This document shows, in pieces, positions 10,703 to 26,095 of a DNA stretch of 64,000 nucleotides; the stretch's first letter is position 1; the number at the start of each line of letters is the position of its first letter. Source of the stretch: Camelus dromedarius (lineage: Eukaryota); the NCBI RefSeq assembly GCF_036321535.1, contig NC_087436.1, positions 71,798,001-71,862,000 on the forward strand, written 5' to 3'. The translations under genes were made by a program, and so were the position numbers. The notes below the pieces were generated by a model that saw nothing but the letters and a program-made list of their open reading frames with translations, made no database searches and was not told the DNA's origin.

Positions 10703-13700
10703 ATATAACAACATATACCAGATTGAATCAAAAGAAATATAAAGAATTAGAAAACAGCAACTCATAAGACATGGGGAAAAGTTTTATTTTGATATCCCTT
10801 GTCATAGTGCTTCTTACAGATAGATATTAAAATACAATTCCTTCCTATTTGCTGATAAATGGTTGATAATTATAACATACAATATCACTATTTAACATAT
10901 CAAAAGAAATTTATTTCACAAATCTATGGTACTTCTAACACTATAATAACTGAAATAGATACGTTATTAATAACCTAGAACACAATTACACTCATGCCTA
11001 ATATCCAGATATCAGAAATAGGAAAAAAATTTAAAGAATAAATTCTTAACCAACATAGTATCAGAAACTCCATCTCTGAATACATCTATCTAGTAACCAG
11101 GCATAAATCCTATATTTAACCAATACATATTTAATACTAAATTTTAATTTACAGGGAAATAATATGTTTCTTTATAAATTTCCATTAAACTAATGCAGAT
11201 TAATATGAAATAACCTTTCAGATTTCTAATATTTCAAATACAATTAGACACAGAATACTCCAAAAATAATCTCCTTAAATATTCAAAAATTTTCAAAAAC
11301 TTTGCAGTATATTAACTTTACCAAGTCTGTAACTATTGTTATGAGGAGAGGGAGTTAAGAAAAAAACAATAATTTTTTTAAACTTTATTTTGAAAGGCAA
11401 TAGTGAAAACATAAATGTTACACTAGGAAGTGGACTTTGGGGCATGGTTTGGTCATAGCAATATGTGATTCAAAATTATAGCATGGTAAAAAACTGTCTT
11501 CTTATCTTAAACCATGGTCGAGAAGATGAGTTTTTCTAGAGAAAAAGTTGCTTCCTAATGAAATTTTCTCTGTTAAAATATCTACAACTTTTCAATCCAG
11601 TGAGAGAAGACAAAAGAAAAAAAAAGAGGAAATAATCATGGAAAAATAAACATAGGTAAAATGAACAAATGAAAAATATTTCAGATTAGTTTTAGAAAAC
11701 AAAAGGTATCAAAGAACAGTGCAAAAGTACAGATCAGACTTACTAAAGTTGCTCAAAGGAGATGATGCATGCAGAAAGAATTATATGAAAAAATTTTGAC
11801 CAAAATAACTTATTTGTGTATCAGAAAGGGAGAAGGCATGTAGACAAGCATAAAATTTCTATATGCTAAAATAGAGGGTTTACTATAGGAAAAGTCAGAA
11901 AGTTACAAGTTAGATCATAGAAAGTATTAAATTTCAATCAAAAGTGATTTTCTGCCAAAAAGTCTCCTTATGCCACATTGTATCTTAACTAAGCTTGGTG
12001 AAAATTTACTAAGAAAAATGCATCTCAATCTTTTCATTAGGGATATTAAACACAAAAAAATGTTTTCTTATTGATTTAAAATTTCTCCATGAAAATTCTT
12101 TTGTTGATTTTTAAAGTACACAATTCTTACTTTCTGAAAAATTGATAACTTAAAAAACAGATTCAAATGACTATAAGATTGTATATATACAGATTTTTTT
12201 AAAGGTATTAGGATGAAAGAAAATAGGAATGGCTATCTTCTCCCACCCCCCAGTTTAAGATTAATGAAGAAACTAATTTCAAAGATACTGTTAGAATCTA
12301 AAGACCTAAGTACCACTATTACTTCATCTGCTTAGCTGTGAGATCTAAGCAAGTCTCTCAGTTATCTCTATCTATATGTTTATTCTGTGTAATTTTAGAA
12401 ATAAACTTATCACATGACTTATTATTATACATATTTATTGCCTTTCTGAACTCCAAGGAAATAGGGACTTTGCTTGGTGCACTGATACATATCCAGCAAC
12501 TAGAACTATACCCATCACGTTGTCAGGACTCAAATAATTCTTGAATAAATAAAAGATGGTTTGGGGAAAACTTCCCTTTCAGATTCTAAAAGTTTGTAGT
12601 GTATCTGGAGAAGGGAGAGGTAGTTACAAAAAATAAAATAAAGGTACACATTGTAGTTACAAAACAAGTCAAATATTAGGTAGCAGGTAGGGAAAAATGC
12701 TGTATCTTCACTGATTTCTTAAACAATTTTAATGCAAACAGTCTTTGTGCAATAGATACTGAAATTTATTACTATGAGAGGTGTAAAATTAACCCTACTA
12801 TCAAGGAACTTGTTTCTTTAATGCAAGAGCCAAGGTGTGTGCACAAATAACAATAATACAGGGTAGAAAGTGCATAAGATAATGAGAGGGAAAGAAAAAG
12901 AGCCACAAGAGTTTAGAAGAGGAAGTAGTAGAGAATTTCCTCCTTTAACACCAGTTCTTCTTTTCCCAGCTGGAAAGATTCTTGTGCTGTATTACAGAAC
13001 AAGCAGAGAGAGATATATAAGCAGATGCAGCCTTATTAAAAAAAAAAAAGTAACCTTTTATTCAAATGTAAACTAAGTTATGGGCATATACCTCTTTAAC
13101 ATGCCCTTAGTTGAGGTAATTCAGGTGAAAAACTAAAATGCATTTCCCATTGAAACATAATCATTTTTATTATATTATTTCTACAGGAAAAAAATTCATT
13201 TTGAATCACAGCCAAGTTCCGGAACATTAAAAATGATCTGAATAAGAAATTCACATAAATGTTATGAAACATTTTCCTTAAATGAAATGTATAACTTTCA
13301 TGAAGAGGAGGGAGAGACAGAAGGAAAGGAATGTCCTTATTAAATGTATTCTTCCCTAAAGGAAATAGTCTATCAAAGTTACCAATATTCGAAGTATGAC
13401 CATTTAAATTACATCTAAACTATCTTGGATATGTTGTTTTGACTAGCTGGATATTTTATGAAATGGTGCTTGTGCATTAAATTCTTGTTTAATATAAAGG
13501 ATCATCAAAATGCAAAGGTCTTAGAAATCACCAGGTTCAATTCATTGCCACAGATGAGAAAACAGAAGCACTGATCCATATTTAAACAGTAACTTTCTCA
13601 ACATCTAGCACAAAGAGACCAGTTATCCAATTAAATAGTTCAATATCTTTCCACTAGAAGAAGGGGCTGTTGTTTCACTCTGCTCTAGAAAAGATGACTT

Positions 13701-13863
13701 TAGATTCTATATTTAAAGGATAAAGATGTCATCACCTTAACCCACCGTTTACTAGAAGTGAGTCATTACATGCCTCTGATTTATGCAACATAAAACACAC
13801 AGTACCTCCTATAAAGTATTCTTGCCCCCCTGAAATAATGCCCAGGTTATAAAAATTGTAAGT

Positions 13864-14100
13864 CAGTGTTTCTCGATCTTGGCACTATTGACATTTAAGC
13901 CAGAAAACTGTTGTTGGGAGCTGCCCTATATATTTCAGGATGTTCAACAGCATCCCTGTCCTCTACCCACTAGATGCCAACAGCAACCTTCCAAAGGTTG
14001 TGACACCAAAACATATCTCCAGACATTGCCAAATGTTCCCTTGGAGCAAAAACAGAAACAAAAACAAAAAACCCTGGGGGTGGGAAGGTGAGAACCACTG
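13864..14100. mobile_element. MER20 hAT MITE nested in an old L1 3' end (about 13690-14480)
   Basis: cagtgtttctc...ggcactattgacattt...ctctacccactagatgcc...ctccagacattgccaaatgt...gagaaccactg. Confidence 0.88.
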
Positions 14101-17100
14101 AGTTAAACAGAAGCAAACAGACAAATGTAAAATGTGGAACACGTTGAGAGAGAGAGAGAGAAAGTAAAAGGCAAGAAGTATTCTAAATTCAAGAGATTCC
14201 AGAGACAAAACCAGCAAAATAATGTAGATCTTACTTGAAATTTTCAAGGCAAGTGAAGAAATATGAATATGAATGGGGTATTAAATAGTATGAAAGAATT
14301 ACTCTGGTTAGGTAAGAAAATGTCCTTATCTTTTAGAAATGCATGTTGCAGTATGCAGAAATAGTGTCACCAATTAGCCATAAAGTATTTCAGGAAAAAC
14401 AAAGTTGTGCGGCAAATTCTTGATAATGCTGCATGTGAGGAAGAGATCTGTAGAGTCTGTTATTATAGAAGTCTCTGTACTTTTGTGCACACTAATCCTT
14501 CTGGTTCTTAGAGATTAAAGGTGATGTTTTACTGCAGAGATTGTTTTTGTTTAAAAAAAAATTTAACAGTAGTACTATTCAATTAACAAAGCATTTTTTA
14601 CCTTCTCCCCAAAATACATATAACACGAAGGCTTAAGAATGAAAACCAAGGTGTTTTAACAATGGTCAGGGCTGAAAGAATTTGTTTATGCTATTAATGG
14701 TATTCTCAATCCTTGTATACTCAAACACAAAGTTACATGAAAATTTGGAAATATAGGGCCATTTGGACCAAGTTAGCATTACATTAGCATAACATTCCAA
14801 ACAAATATATTATCTTCAGAATAAATATATTATCACTGCTATATTAGAGAAGAGGAGTCCAATTTGTAGTGTAATAAACTGATATTCATGCCAAAGAATA
14901 CGATATAGTATATTCTGATTAACTATACATCATATATACAAACTCCACTCAATTTAATAAATATTCATCACCAATTACATACTCTGTGCAAAGCAGTAGG
15001 ATAGCCACGGGAGAATGGTAATACAAAATGATTTTTTTTTAATAATCAATGCCTTCCACAAATATACAATATAGAAAGGCAACTCTATGGACAAAGAGCT
15101 AACTACATCAAACAAGACTGGAAAATACTACTAAAGAGATACTAATATTGTACAGAGGAAGGGAAAAACAATTCTGAATGAAAATGGTAAAAAAAAAATG
15201 CTTAAGGAAGATGGGGCCTTTTCAATATCGTGCTGAGAAGTTCAGAATTTATACAATAGAATATTGAAGGATTTAAGTATTAAAATAAATACTTAATGTT
15301 TTAGAAAGATAGAGACAACTGAAAGATGGTTTTAGATAGACAGGACAACAGAGACAAAGAAACTAATTAGGAACTTATCAATCATTTGATCAATACATCA
15401 AATGAAAGATTATGCAAGGTGGGGACAGGAAAAAGGGTCAGTCTTTGAGAATAAACATACTTTAAAAAATGAGAATGCTAGAAACTACAGAACTTGGACT
15501 TCTTGATCTTAAATACTTCCCATCCTCCTATTCCATCACTATCCACCAATTTACTGTTGCTTTTGTTATTCTGGAAACTTCCCTCCATTTACCATTGAAT
15601 ATCAAGCTGGTAATCCAAATATCAAGATGGTAATCTGTATTTCAAGAAAGGTGATCTAAATCCTGACTATATTACAAAGATTTTGAGAATCACAAAGAAT
15701 TCCCACACTTGCTCCAAGGAAAACACGGTATTTTCAATCTAAGGTTCACCATACTTAAAATTTGAAGCTCTCTTACTCCAGTCAATGCAGAAAAATCCCT
15801 CCAAAAGAATGTTTATGATGAAATCTTTGTATTTTTTATGATTTTTACTTTTGGTAAATGTTAGTGTTTAACGTTTATGACCAATGTTGTCATTTCAATA
15901 ACATAAGGTGAAGTTGTAGATCATAACTGATACCATTTCACCCAAAAAAATAAAGGTTCATCTGAACAACTTGACTTGAGGCCATCATCATGAGTTACAT
16001 AATAACTCAAGTGTCATCATTTATTCAGTGATAGAGAATGGGCTATATAAACATAATTCAAAATAATAATAGCTTCTGAATCTTGGTATTATTTATCATT
16101 ATGAAATAGTATCTGTTGCATGTAAAATATTAAAAAGCTGCATATAGAAAGGTGGATATAAGAGACCAATTTGAATCTATGATAATTTTATAATATAAAT
16201 TGAATAAATTCTCAATAGTTTACATTATGTCTCTTAAAAAAGTCCAGAAAAACATGGAATGTGCTCTTCCTAGCTCTTTGAATACAATCACCAATTTATT
16301 ATAGGTATATAAAATGTATTCAATCACAGTCATCGTAACTTTTTTTTTGTACATGACCCTGAAACCTAATAAAAATGTCTTTGCTCTTTCTTTTTTATAT
16401 TCTTAAATAGGGTAAAACTCAGCTAAAATACTATAATTCTTATTAAAGAGTAAATTATTCCAAAATTAATCTATTTCGGATATATTTTTTCTATACTAAG
16501 ATAAAATATTCAGTAAAGTCACTGAACACTAATCTACATACACAGTGAAATAAAATAAAATAAAAATCCACTTAAAGTCCTTGTAAAAAGAATTTCAATT
16601 AATAGTATGACATGGTATTGGTATCCTGAAATTAAAGTAAATAAAACTAAAGTGAATCTGACTAAAAATAAATTTAGCTTCCAAAAGTCTATTCATTAGG
16701 AAAACACTGATTTATACCTATATTCTTTCATTCATACTTACCTGTCCACCTAATAAATTTTAATCTAGGAATGTGCTAAAAATCAGTGGTATAATGGAAA
16801 ATACAGCACCATTTTCACAGAGCTAATACAAAACATGACTTCTTATGTTTCGAAGGACTTATCTACCTCCAATAATTCAGTATGAAATTACAGCAATGTA
16901 TTTTGAAACCTGTGACATTAATTGTAACCTCTATAAAGTAAACAAATTATTAATGTTTAAAATAAAAATTATGTGGAATTTTCAAATCTAGAGTTTATAT
17001 GTGGATTTTTCTGGAATGTATTAAAAGTTACAGATCATTTCAAAGATTTCCTTAAACTCTGTATCAACAGTATAATGCAATTTAATTATAAATTTAGCCT

Positions 17101-17192
17101 ATTTCTGGTATTATCATTAGTCATCAAATGTTATAAAAACAGCTCAGAATAAAAGAATTCTTATAAGATGGTGTTAAAATGCAGATTTAGAT

Positions 17193-17238
17193 ACACACAC
17201 ACATACAGATTAGACACACACACACACACACACACACA
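17193..17238. repeat. Interrupted (CA)n microsatellite
   Basis: Seen directly: two CA runs, each preceded by gatt(t)aga. Confidence 0.9.
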
Positions 17239-17249
17239 GTCATAACCTT

Positions 17250-20200
17250 GTGAAATTTGAGAATTCCAAGAATATCAAGTCTAGAAAGATTCAGGGGGTG
17301 GGGAGGGCCTGTTAATAAGAGAATTAAAAATCAGATTGGTGTCAAACTTCTCAAATACAAAACTGAATGCTAGAGACAATTTGCAATTAAAAGTTGTAAA
17401 GCACAAGCACAATTATTTTCAAAAATTCTAAACTGTAGAATGAAATAAGTTTTTAAAGATGTAAACACTTTGAAAATTTAAGAACCACAAACAATTCTGA
17501 ATTGACAGAATATATGCCTTCAACAACAAAAATTAATCCAAGGAAAAGACAGCCTTGGAATCATAAAACCAAGCAGTGAGGAAAAAAACTAGTAGAATAT
17601 AATCTATTTTTAACATTTCAGATAGTAATTAGTAGATAATGCCTTAAAGTTAAAAAAGTAAAAGCATATTATAACATAAACTTGTTACTAAAATTTCAAA
17701 TTATTTTAAAAATAGGAAAGCGAAGATTGAATGAAATAATGCCAAAAGCCTATGTTAAGGGAAAAGGAGCAACTAGTCACAAATAATGTTTAATTCAATT
17801 CAATGCCTGCTGAAAAATAGAAAGAAAACACATATTTTTCAAACTGGAAGGGAAACAATTAAAAAAAATTTTCAAATTCAGTTAAAGACAATGGGGATGT
17901 GGGTGTAAGATAGTAAGAAAATACATCTTTGCCAAAACTTTCAGTGTTAGGAAAAAGACGAAAGACCAAAAGATCAAGTTAATATAAAAGTGAGTAGGAA
18001 AATTTCTCTTATTTAAAAAAAGTGACACATAGATTAGGGTTTTTTTTAAAAAAGGAAAAACTTAACTATATGCTATTATAAAAGAGATATCAAAGAGATA
18101 TCAAAAATTCTTAGTCATAAAAGTTGAAAACAGAGGTATGAAAAAGCAATCTCGAAGATGTCATTATTAACATCAGTCAATAAAGAATTCAAGGTAAAAA
18201 GCATTTTATAGAAAAAATATTTTATAATAATAGATACAGTATACCAGAAGTGTGAGATAGATCAACTTCTATGCACCTAACAATATAACATAGAAATGTA
18301 TAAAGTAAAAATACTAGAAATAAAAATAACTTGAAAATTGACACAATGTACTGGGAAACTTTCCACATACTCATCTCAGAAAATAAGGAAAGCAAGTAGA
18401 TTACGCAAAGATATGGAGGATTCCAAAATACAATTAATGAACTATATTTATATTTCATAGTGAAACAGAACTTAGTATATCATATGAACAGAGAATACAC
18501 AGACTTTGAAAACAAACAAAACCTGACCATATCTTAAGCAATGAAAAATCTCAAGAGATTAAAAAAAAAATTAATACAGGTTACACTCTTAGGCAAAAAA
18601 AAATTAATACAGGTTACACTCTTAGTCCATAAAGCTAAAAGAAACTAAAAATGAACAATACATGGATAACACTATACTTAAAAATTTAAAAAGAAAAAAG
18701 CATATTAATAAACTATCAGAATACAGAGGAAATGAAAATTAAAATTGTGAGCATATTATTTCCAATGGAATTTGGTCATAGCAGTCCTTAAAGAAAAACT
18801 CAAAGTCTTAAATGCAGTTGGTAGAACACAAGAAAGATTTAAAATACATAAAAAGCTTCAAAATTAAAATACAAATCAAAATATATCAATATAATTTATA
18901 GTAATAAATACAGAAATGAAGAAATTCAGAGAAATACAAAAGTAATTAATAAAACAAAAAAACTGCTTTTTGTGTAAGTCTGACAAAAATGAAAGAAGCC
19001 TGACAAGTCTGATTATGGAAAACAAGAGAATGAAAAAAACATAAGGAGTCATTAAAATTAGAAAACTGATCACAACTCTACATCAATAAAGGTGAAAGTC
19101 TAAATAAAATGGATGGTTTTCTAAGAAAAGAAATTATCAAAATTACCTCAAGAAAAGGTAGAAATAGAATATATCCATAGAAGAAATCTTAAGGGTAGTC
19201 ACAGATCTACCCTTCAGGAGGAACAGAGTATTATTATTTACAAAGTCTAGAAAATAAATTGTAAGACTTCTTAGCTCATAAGTATAAACAACACTATTAA
19301 CACACTTCAAACAGAAATAGCAAAACAAAACAAAAAACTAAATAAAACAAAAACTTAAGTAAAACACACCAACAGAAAATTCAGCAGATGTGAAAAAGTA
19401 TACACACAACACATACATGAAAGAGCATAAAGAAAACATTGTTTTCATCATTCTTTAGGACTTAATTCATATATTACCTTCTCAGATGACAATATCAAAG
19501 GAGGTACTTTCCTAATATCTCTATCACACCACTCTTTTTATTTCCACAGTACAACACAGTCTAAAATTATCTTATTCTTGGGTACTTGCTTATTATCTCT
19601 CTTCTCCATATTAGAAAAGAGAGGAACCACTTGGGACTTACTCAGCACTATCACCAATTTGTGGCAAAGTTCCTGGCACAATGCAATATTCAATACTGCA
19701 AGTATTCAAACACTTGCTGATTAAATATTAAAATTAGCAACACCATTATCAATATTAGGTAAATGTATTAATGTAATTCACTAAATACTAGAGGTGAAAA
19801 CAATATGTACCATCTCAACAACAACAAAAAAAGATAAAATTTGGTATCTATTACCACGGAAGTATTTCTTAAGCCAAGAAGGACACTTTTGTTTCTGATA
19901 GTGTATTCTATCAGAAATCTAAGGCATGTATAAATGTAGAAGTTTAAAAATTTCCATTTAAATCAGAAAAGATGCCCAAATTAGAACTAGTAATGGACAG
20001 ATCTGGAAACCTAACCAATGCAATAAGACCAGTAAAAAAACAAAAACAAAAGCAAAAAAAAATAGAGAAGTATAAATACTGAAAAAAGGAAACAACCAAA
20101 TGCCATCATTTGCAGAAAACATCACCATCCTTCTACAAATTTTAAGATAATCAACTGAAAATTAAGTAAATGGTAAGATCAATATAAAAAAAATCAAGAT

Positions 20201-21450
20201 TTCCTGTTTACTAGCAATAACAAATTGAAAAAATAAAGTGCAAAATGGAAGAAAAGATGTAATTCACAATAACAACAAAAAATACCCAGGAATAAACCTA
20301 ACAAGAAAAATGTAAGACCTACATGGAAAAAAAAAAAGCGATAAAATTTTACTAAAGGACATGAAAGAACACCTGAAGAAATGGAGAGGCATACCATGTT
20401 CCTGGATGGGAAGATTCAATAGTGTAAAGATGTCAATTCTCCCCAAATTAATCTGTAAATTCAATGCACTTCCAATCAAAATCCCAAAGGGATTTTTAAT
20501 GGAACTTGACATGTTGATTCTAAAGTTCATCTGGAAGAGAAAATACACAGAAATTGCCAAAATTTTTTTGAAAAAGACAATGAGGAGGGTTGCCCTACCA
20601 GATGTCAAATATAAAATGTCAGTCATCAAAACAATGGGTATTAATTAAATCAAGAGTAAATATATTTTGGACTTTTAAAATATGATATTGGTGGTTTTTC
20701 AAGTCAGTGAAAAAAAAAGATACACTGTTCAGTAAATTATTTTGGGAGAATGATTATAAAGCTGGAAAAATTAGTTAGGTCCCAACCACAGAATATATAT
20801 TTAAAAAATTCCAGATGAATTAACACCTGCTAGAAACATAAATAAAACTAAAGAAGTAGCAGAAGAAAATTTAAGAGACTAAATTACTATAAGAAAGCTT
20901 TTCTGGAAAGACAAAAAACCCAGAAGCTAGGAAGGAGAAGATCAACAGGTTTTGACAGTATAAAACTAAAAAATCCAAAGATTCCATAAAGTAAGACAAC
21001 TGACAGATTGGGAGACAATGTTATAAAATACGATGTATATATTATAAATAGAATTATAAAAAATTCCTAAAACTTCAGGAAGGAAAAGGCAAACCCCACA
21101 ATGGACAAAATGTTGTGTGCAGGCAATTTATATGAATCATACCAAATGACTAATAAATATGCTCAACTTTACTGGAAATCAGGTAAATACAAATTAAAAT
21201 GAGGTATTAATTTTCATCCATTGACAAATACTATTTTTTTGAGGATAATTTGGCAGAATCTACAATCAACATTTTAAAATGCAATTTTCCTTCTAGGAAT
21301 TTAGTCTACAAAAACACTTGTACATGTAAGCAAAAATACGCACATGGATGTTCATTATAGTATTGAGTATAACAAAAAAACTTAATCCTATCTACAGAGT
21401 AGATAATTAAATAAATTATCCTATGAAATAATAAATATTGTCTGAAGAAT
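17250..21450 (+). mobile_element. Ancient, heavily degraded L1 (ORF1/ORF2 remnants) with an L2-like insert near 19450-19720
   Basis: A-rich; ORF 20361-20648 gives WRGIPCSWMGRFNSVKMSILPKLICKFNALPIKIP, a hallmark L1 ORF2 segment. Boundaries approximate. Confidence 0.75.
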
Positions 21451-22319
21451 AAAGCAAATCTACATATAAAGGCCCACACCATAATTACCTAATGCACCTG
21501 TCCTGCTCATTCTGTTCCATTACTTTTCATCTCTTTAGCCTTCATTATTTATCTTTCTGAAACTTAACAATAGTGACATTTTCCCCTCAATTTGTTTATT
21601 ATCTTCTTCTTACTTGAATATAAATTCACTTGGGCAAGGATCACATTTTGGTCCTTCCTTTGTCCTTTACAACCAGAATACAAGCCTTAAACATTAAGTA
21701 CTTAAAAATATTTCCTGAATGAATATACAAATATTGATGCAGAAACATATCAACATTACATTAATTAGGTGAAAAATGCCAGCTTCAGAAAAGCAAGCAA
21801 GATATGTGTCTGCTCAAGTTGATTTTAAAAACAAAATGTATGTACCTACAAGAACATAAACAAAAGATTTCAAGATACATAAACCCAAGTGATAAACAGT
21901 GGTACTCAAAGAGTGAAATCAATGAGAAAATTTCACTTTTTTACTTGTCTGTCATTTTAAAAAAAATGACAGTGTAGTTTCCTACTGTAATCTTAGCAAA
22001 TAATTAAGAAAAAACTTAAGATCCTCAAAGAAAAATATCAAGAATAACTTATTTCCCTATTTCTAATAAAAATTCCAAAAGACCTATCATAGTAATTTTT
22101 ATTATTTTGAGATATAAATTATTAACTTGCTGGTATATGTAATTCAGTCTGAAATACACATGCAACCTAATTAGTTTGAAAGGAATGAAAAAAGTCTTGG
22201 CATCAAAATCAAGTAATTGTAAGATTCAATTAAAACAACTGCTTATTTTCCCAAGAGGAGCAAAACCAGGAAAATATTATACTCTTTCCCCTCATTCTTT
22301 TTCCTTCTGTATCCAATTA

Positions 22320-25040
22320 ATTTTTTGAAAGCCAGGTTTATCAAAGTATAATTTAGAATAAAATTCACCCATTATTAGTTGTATAAATCTATTAATTTTA
22401 CAAATATATAATTACCACCACAATCAAGATAGACAATATTTCTATTACTCAAAAATTTCTCTTGTCCCTTTTTATAGACAATCCCTTACTACTACCCTCT
22501 GTCCCCAGCAACCATGATGTTTCATTTTTTCTTTTCCAGAATGAAATGGAGTCACCCAGAGTTTTGAGTGCAGCTTCCTTCACAAATGCACAATGCCTCT
22601 GAAATTCATGCATGCTATAGCATACATCAGTAGTTCATTTCTTTTTATTACAAAATATTATTCCATCATATGGATACACCTCAACTTGTTTAATTCTTCA
22701 CCAGTTAATGAACATTTGAATACAAGGCTTTATGTAGGCATGTTTCCATTTTCCTTAGATAAATACAAGAGGACATGTCATATGTTAAGAGTATATTTAA
22801 ATTATAAACTCTAAAATTTTAATATACTCTTAAATTTTAATATATTATTAAATTAAAACTTGTAACTTAAATATACTGCTAGACTTACAAATTACAGTGC
22901 CATTTTGATTTCCCACCTGAAATGAATGAGAGTTCTGGATGCTTTGGATTCTCACCAACATTTGGTATTGTCAGTTTTTCCTTTCTTTTATTCCTCCTCC
23001 CTGGTCTACTACGACAAAATAACATTGTTTTACTCTCCAATTTCTTAGTGATTAGTGAATGATACTGAGGATCTTTCCCTGTGCTTATTTGCCACCAGTG
23101 CATTTTATTCCATGAAATATCTGTCAAAAACCTTTTCCTCATTTTTTGTCCAGTTGTTTGTGTTCTCTCATTACTGAGTTGTGAGAATCCTTAATACAGT
23201 CAGGATACAAGTCTTTTTATAAGACATATGGTTTGCAAATGTTTTCTCTAAGCTGATTGTGTGTCTCTTCGGTTTTTCAGTATCTTTTGAAGAACAAACA
23301 TTCGTTAAATTGGATGAAGTCCAAATTATCATTTTTTTCTTTTATTTTGCATTTACTGTGTCCTATTGAAAATATTTTTGCCTAATCTAAGGTCACAAAA
23401 TTTTTCTATGTTCTCTTCTAGAGTTTTATTGTTTTATCTTTTATATCTAGATTTATGATCAAATTGAAGTCAATTTTTGCATCAAGTGCAAGCATGAGTT
23501 GAAGTTCCTTTTGTAAAAGTATATACAAATGTTCCAGCACCATTCATTGAGAAGACTGTATTTTTTCTATTCAGAAAAGATACCTAGGCATCTCTGTGAA
23601 AAATCAAGACATGGATTTTGTCTAAACTGTCTATTCTATTAATTTCCATGTCTATCCTTTCATCAATATCACAATATCTTTGTTAATACAGTTTTATATT
23701 AAGTCTTGAAATCCAACTTTGTTCTTTTTTTCAAAATCGTTTTGGGTATTCTAGAGTCTTTTCTATATAGATATTAGAAACAGTTTGCCGATTTCTATCA
23801 ATAAGAAAAAAAAGGCCTGGTAGGATTTTTTTTTTTTATGGAGGTACTGGGGATTGAACCTAGGACCTTGTGCATGCTAAGCACGCGCTCTACCACTGAG
23901 ATACACCCATCCGACCTCTGGTAGGATTTTGATTCAAACTGTGTTGAATTCTACAGGCCATTTTGGGGGAATGAGGGAGGGGAATGGCATCTTAATAGGA
24001 CTGAATCTTCCAAATCACGAATATAGTATATATATTTTCATTTATTTAGCTTATTGTTTATTTCTCTCATAAATGTTTTATAGTTTCCATACACACTTTA
24101 TCCTTAAATGTTTCTTGGTTTTTGGTATTATTATAATTGATACTTTAAAAATGCTTCACTTTTCAAATGTTCATTTCTAATATACAGAAATATGAGACCT
24201 TGCTAAACTCACTAATTAGTTTAAGTATCTTTTTTTTTTAGATTTTGTGCATAGACAATCATGTCATCTGTGAAGAAAGATGTTTTACTTGTTTCTTTCC
24301 AATTTCTGTGCTTTTTTTTTTTTTTTTAACATACCTGACTAGGATCTTCAATACTATGTTGAGTAGGAATGATGAGGACAAAGCCATTCAGACATGGAGT
24401 TTTCTTCGCTGAAAGGTTTTTAATTAGAAATACTATTTCTCTGTTAGATATAATATTATTCAGGTTATTTATTTTATCTTCAGGGAGATTTGATAGTTTG
24501 TGTTTTTCACAGAATTTGTCCATTTCACCTAAGTTAAATTAGTTGGCAAAGTAATTCATAATATACCCTTATTAACCTTTTAATAATGTACATGGGTGGG
24601 ATACTATGTCTTCTGTCTCTTGATCAGTTTTAACGATTCTTTAAAAGAACCAACTTTCAGTTTTATTTTCTTGTTTCTACTTTCAGTTTCAGTGATTTCT
24701 ACTTTTATTTGTATTACTGCTTTCATTCTGCCTGCTTTGATTTAAATTGTTCTTCTTTTTCTAATTCCTCACTGACTTTATTCTTTTTTAAATATAATCA
24801 TTTAATTATTTAATGTTTTAAACTTCTCTCTAAGCACTACTTTAGCTGCATACCACAAATTCAGATATATTTCATTCAATTCAAAATATTTTTTAGTTTC
24901 CCAGGAGGCTTCCTCTTTGACCTGTGTATTATTTTTAAGATACACTGTTTAATTTTCAGATATTTGGAGGTTGTTATCCAGAGAGCTTTCCATTTTTTAT
25001 TTTTAGTTTAATTTCATTAATCAGAGAACAGAGACTCTTT
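22320..25040 (-). mobile_element. Old L1 (3' end plus ORF2 pieces), internally deleted
   Basis: T-rich reverse-complement L1 motifs (accaccacaatcaagata, ttccagcaccattcattgagaagac, gacaatcatgtcatctg); ORF 24326-24523 MDKFCEKHKL resembles L1 ORF2. Confidence 0.8.
23830..23917 (-). mobile_element. Short tRNA-derived SINE (camelid Vic-1-like)
   Basis: A and B boxes on the minus strand (tctcagtggtagagcg; ggttcaatccc), poly-A tail, perfect 13-bp TSD ctggtaggatttt (23817-23829 / 23918-23930). Confidence 0.9.
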
Positions 25041-26057
25041 TAATCAAAATCAAATTATTTCCGAAGTTTTATAGGAGTTTTAAATTCAATGGAGATAATT
25101 GACAGAAAGCCATACTGTACCAAAGTTGTATTATCAAAAAATGATAAAAAATAATAAAATTGTATTATTAAATAAACATCAAATATGAGGAAATTTAAGT
25201 CAATTAAAAAGCAAGATTACTAGTATCAATTTTTCTTTGACATTTAACAGAGAAAAATATGAATGCTCCACGCCAAGAATCTTAAAATTTTAAAGGTGGA
25301 AAGGATCTTAAATACCACCTAATCAATGATAATCTACTCTCGTGGTTAACCATTGAACATTTATATCTTTTTCTAACTCTGAAATTTTACATTTTAATAT
25401 CTAGCATCTCTAATTCTATCATTTTATTATCTATTAAATCCATATTTAACTGCATGCTAGGACCCTATACCTTTCCACTTTCATTCAGCTTAGATGTTCC
25501 CTTCTAGATCATTTCTTTCCTGTTCAGTTCACAATTAAATGTGCACATCATCTCAAATATTTTGTAATCAGGACCTTCTGAGTTTCTCTTTCTTGGCTAA
25601 CTCATTTAAATACTGATATGTCCTCTTCATTCTATCTTGTTTCTTTCTTTTTGCTTAACTTATACAGCAAGGTAATGTCATCTATAAACACAAGTTTTAA
25701 CTATGACTTATTCTACTGATAATTTTCAAATATTTCTCTCTCCCAAACGGACTTCTCTGCTGAGCTTCAGTTCAGTATTATCTAAACCACTAGATATCTC
25801 TTCCTGGATGTGCTATAGACACATCAATTAAACATATTTTAAAATGATATTTTTCTGTGCTCTCTTCCCCATCTCCAAGAAAAGAAAGGTCTTAATCCTG
25901 CTTTACTTTTTCTCAGAGGAAAGTATAGAGCCTTGTCTTTACTATCTTCATCTTCTCATTGGCTTCACTGCTCAGAGATAATACTTTACAGGGGGCAGCA
26001 ACAGAGGAGAGGATTTTCAGTAGACTATCATTCCACAAATTGAACCCTATCTAAATT

Positions 26058-26095
26058 ATATATATGTATACACACACACACACACACACACACAC
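26058..26095. repeat. (TA)n(CA)n microsatellite
   Basis: Seen directly. Confidence 0.9.
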
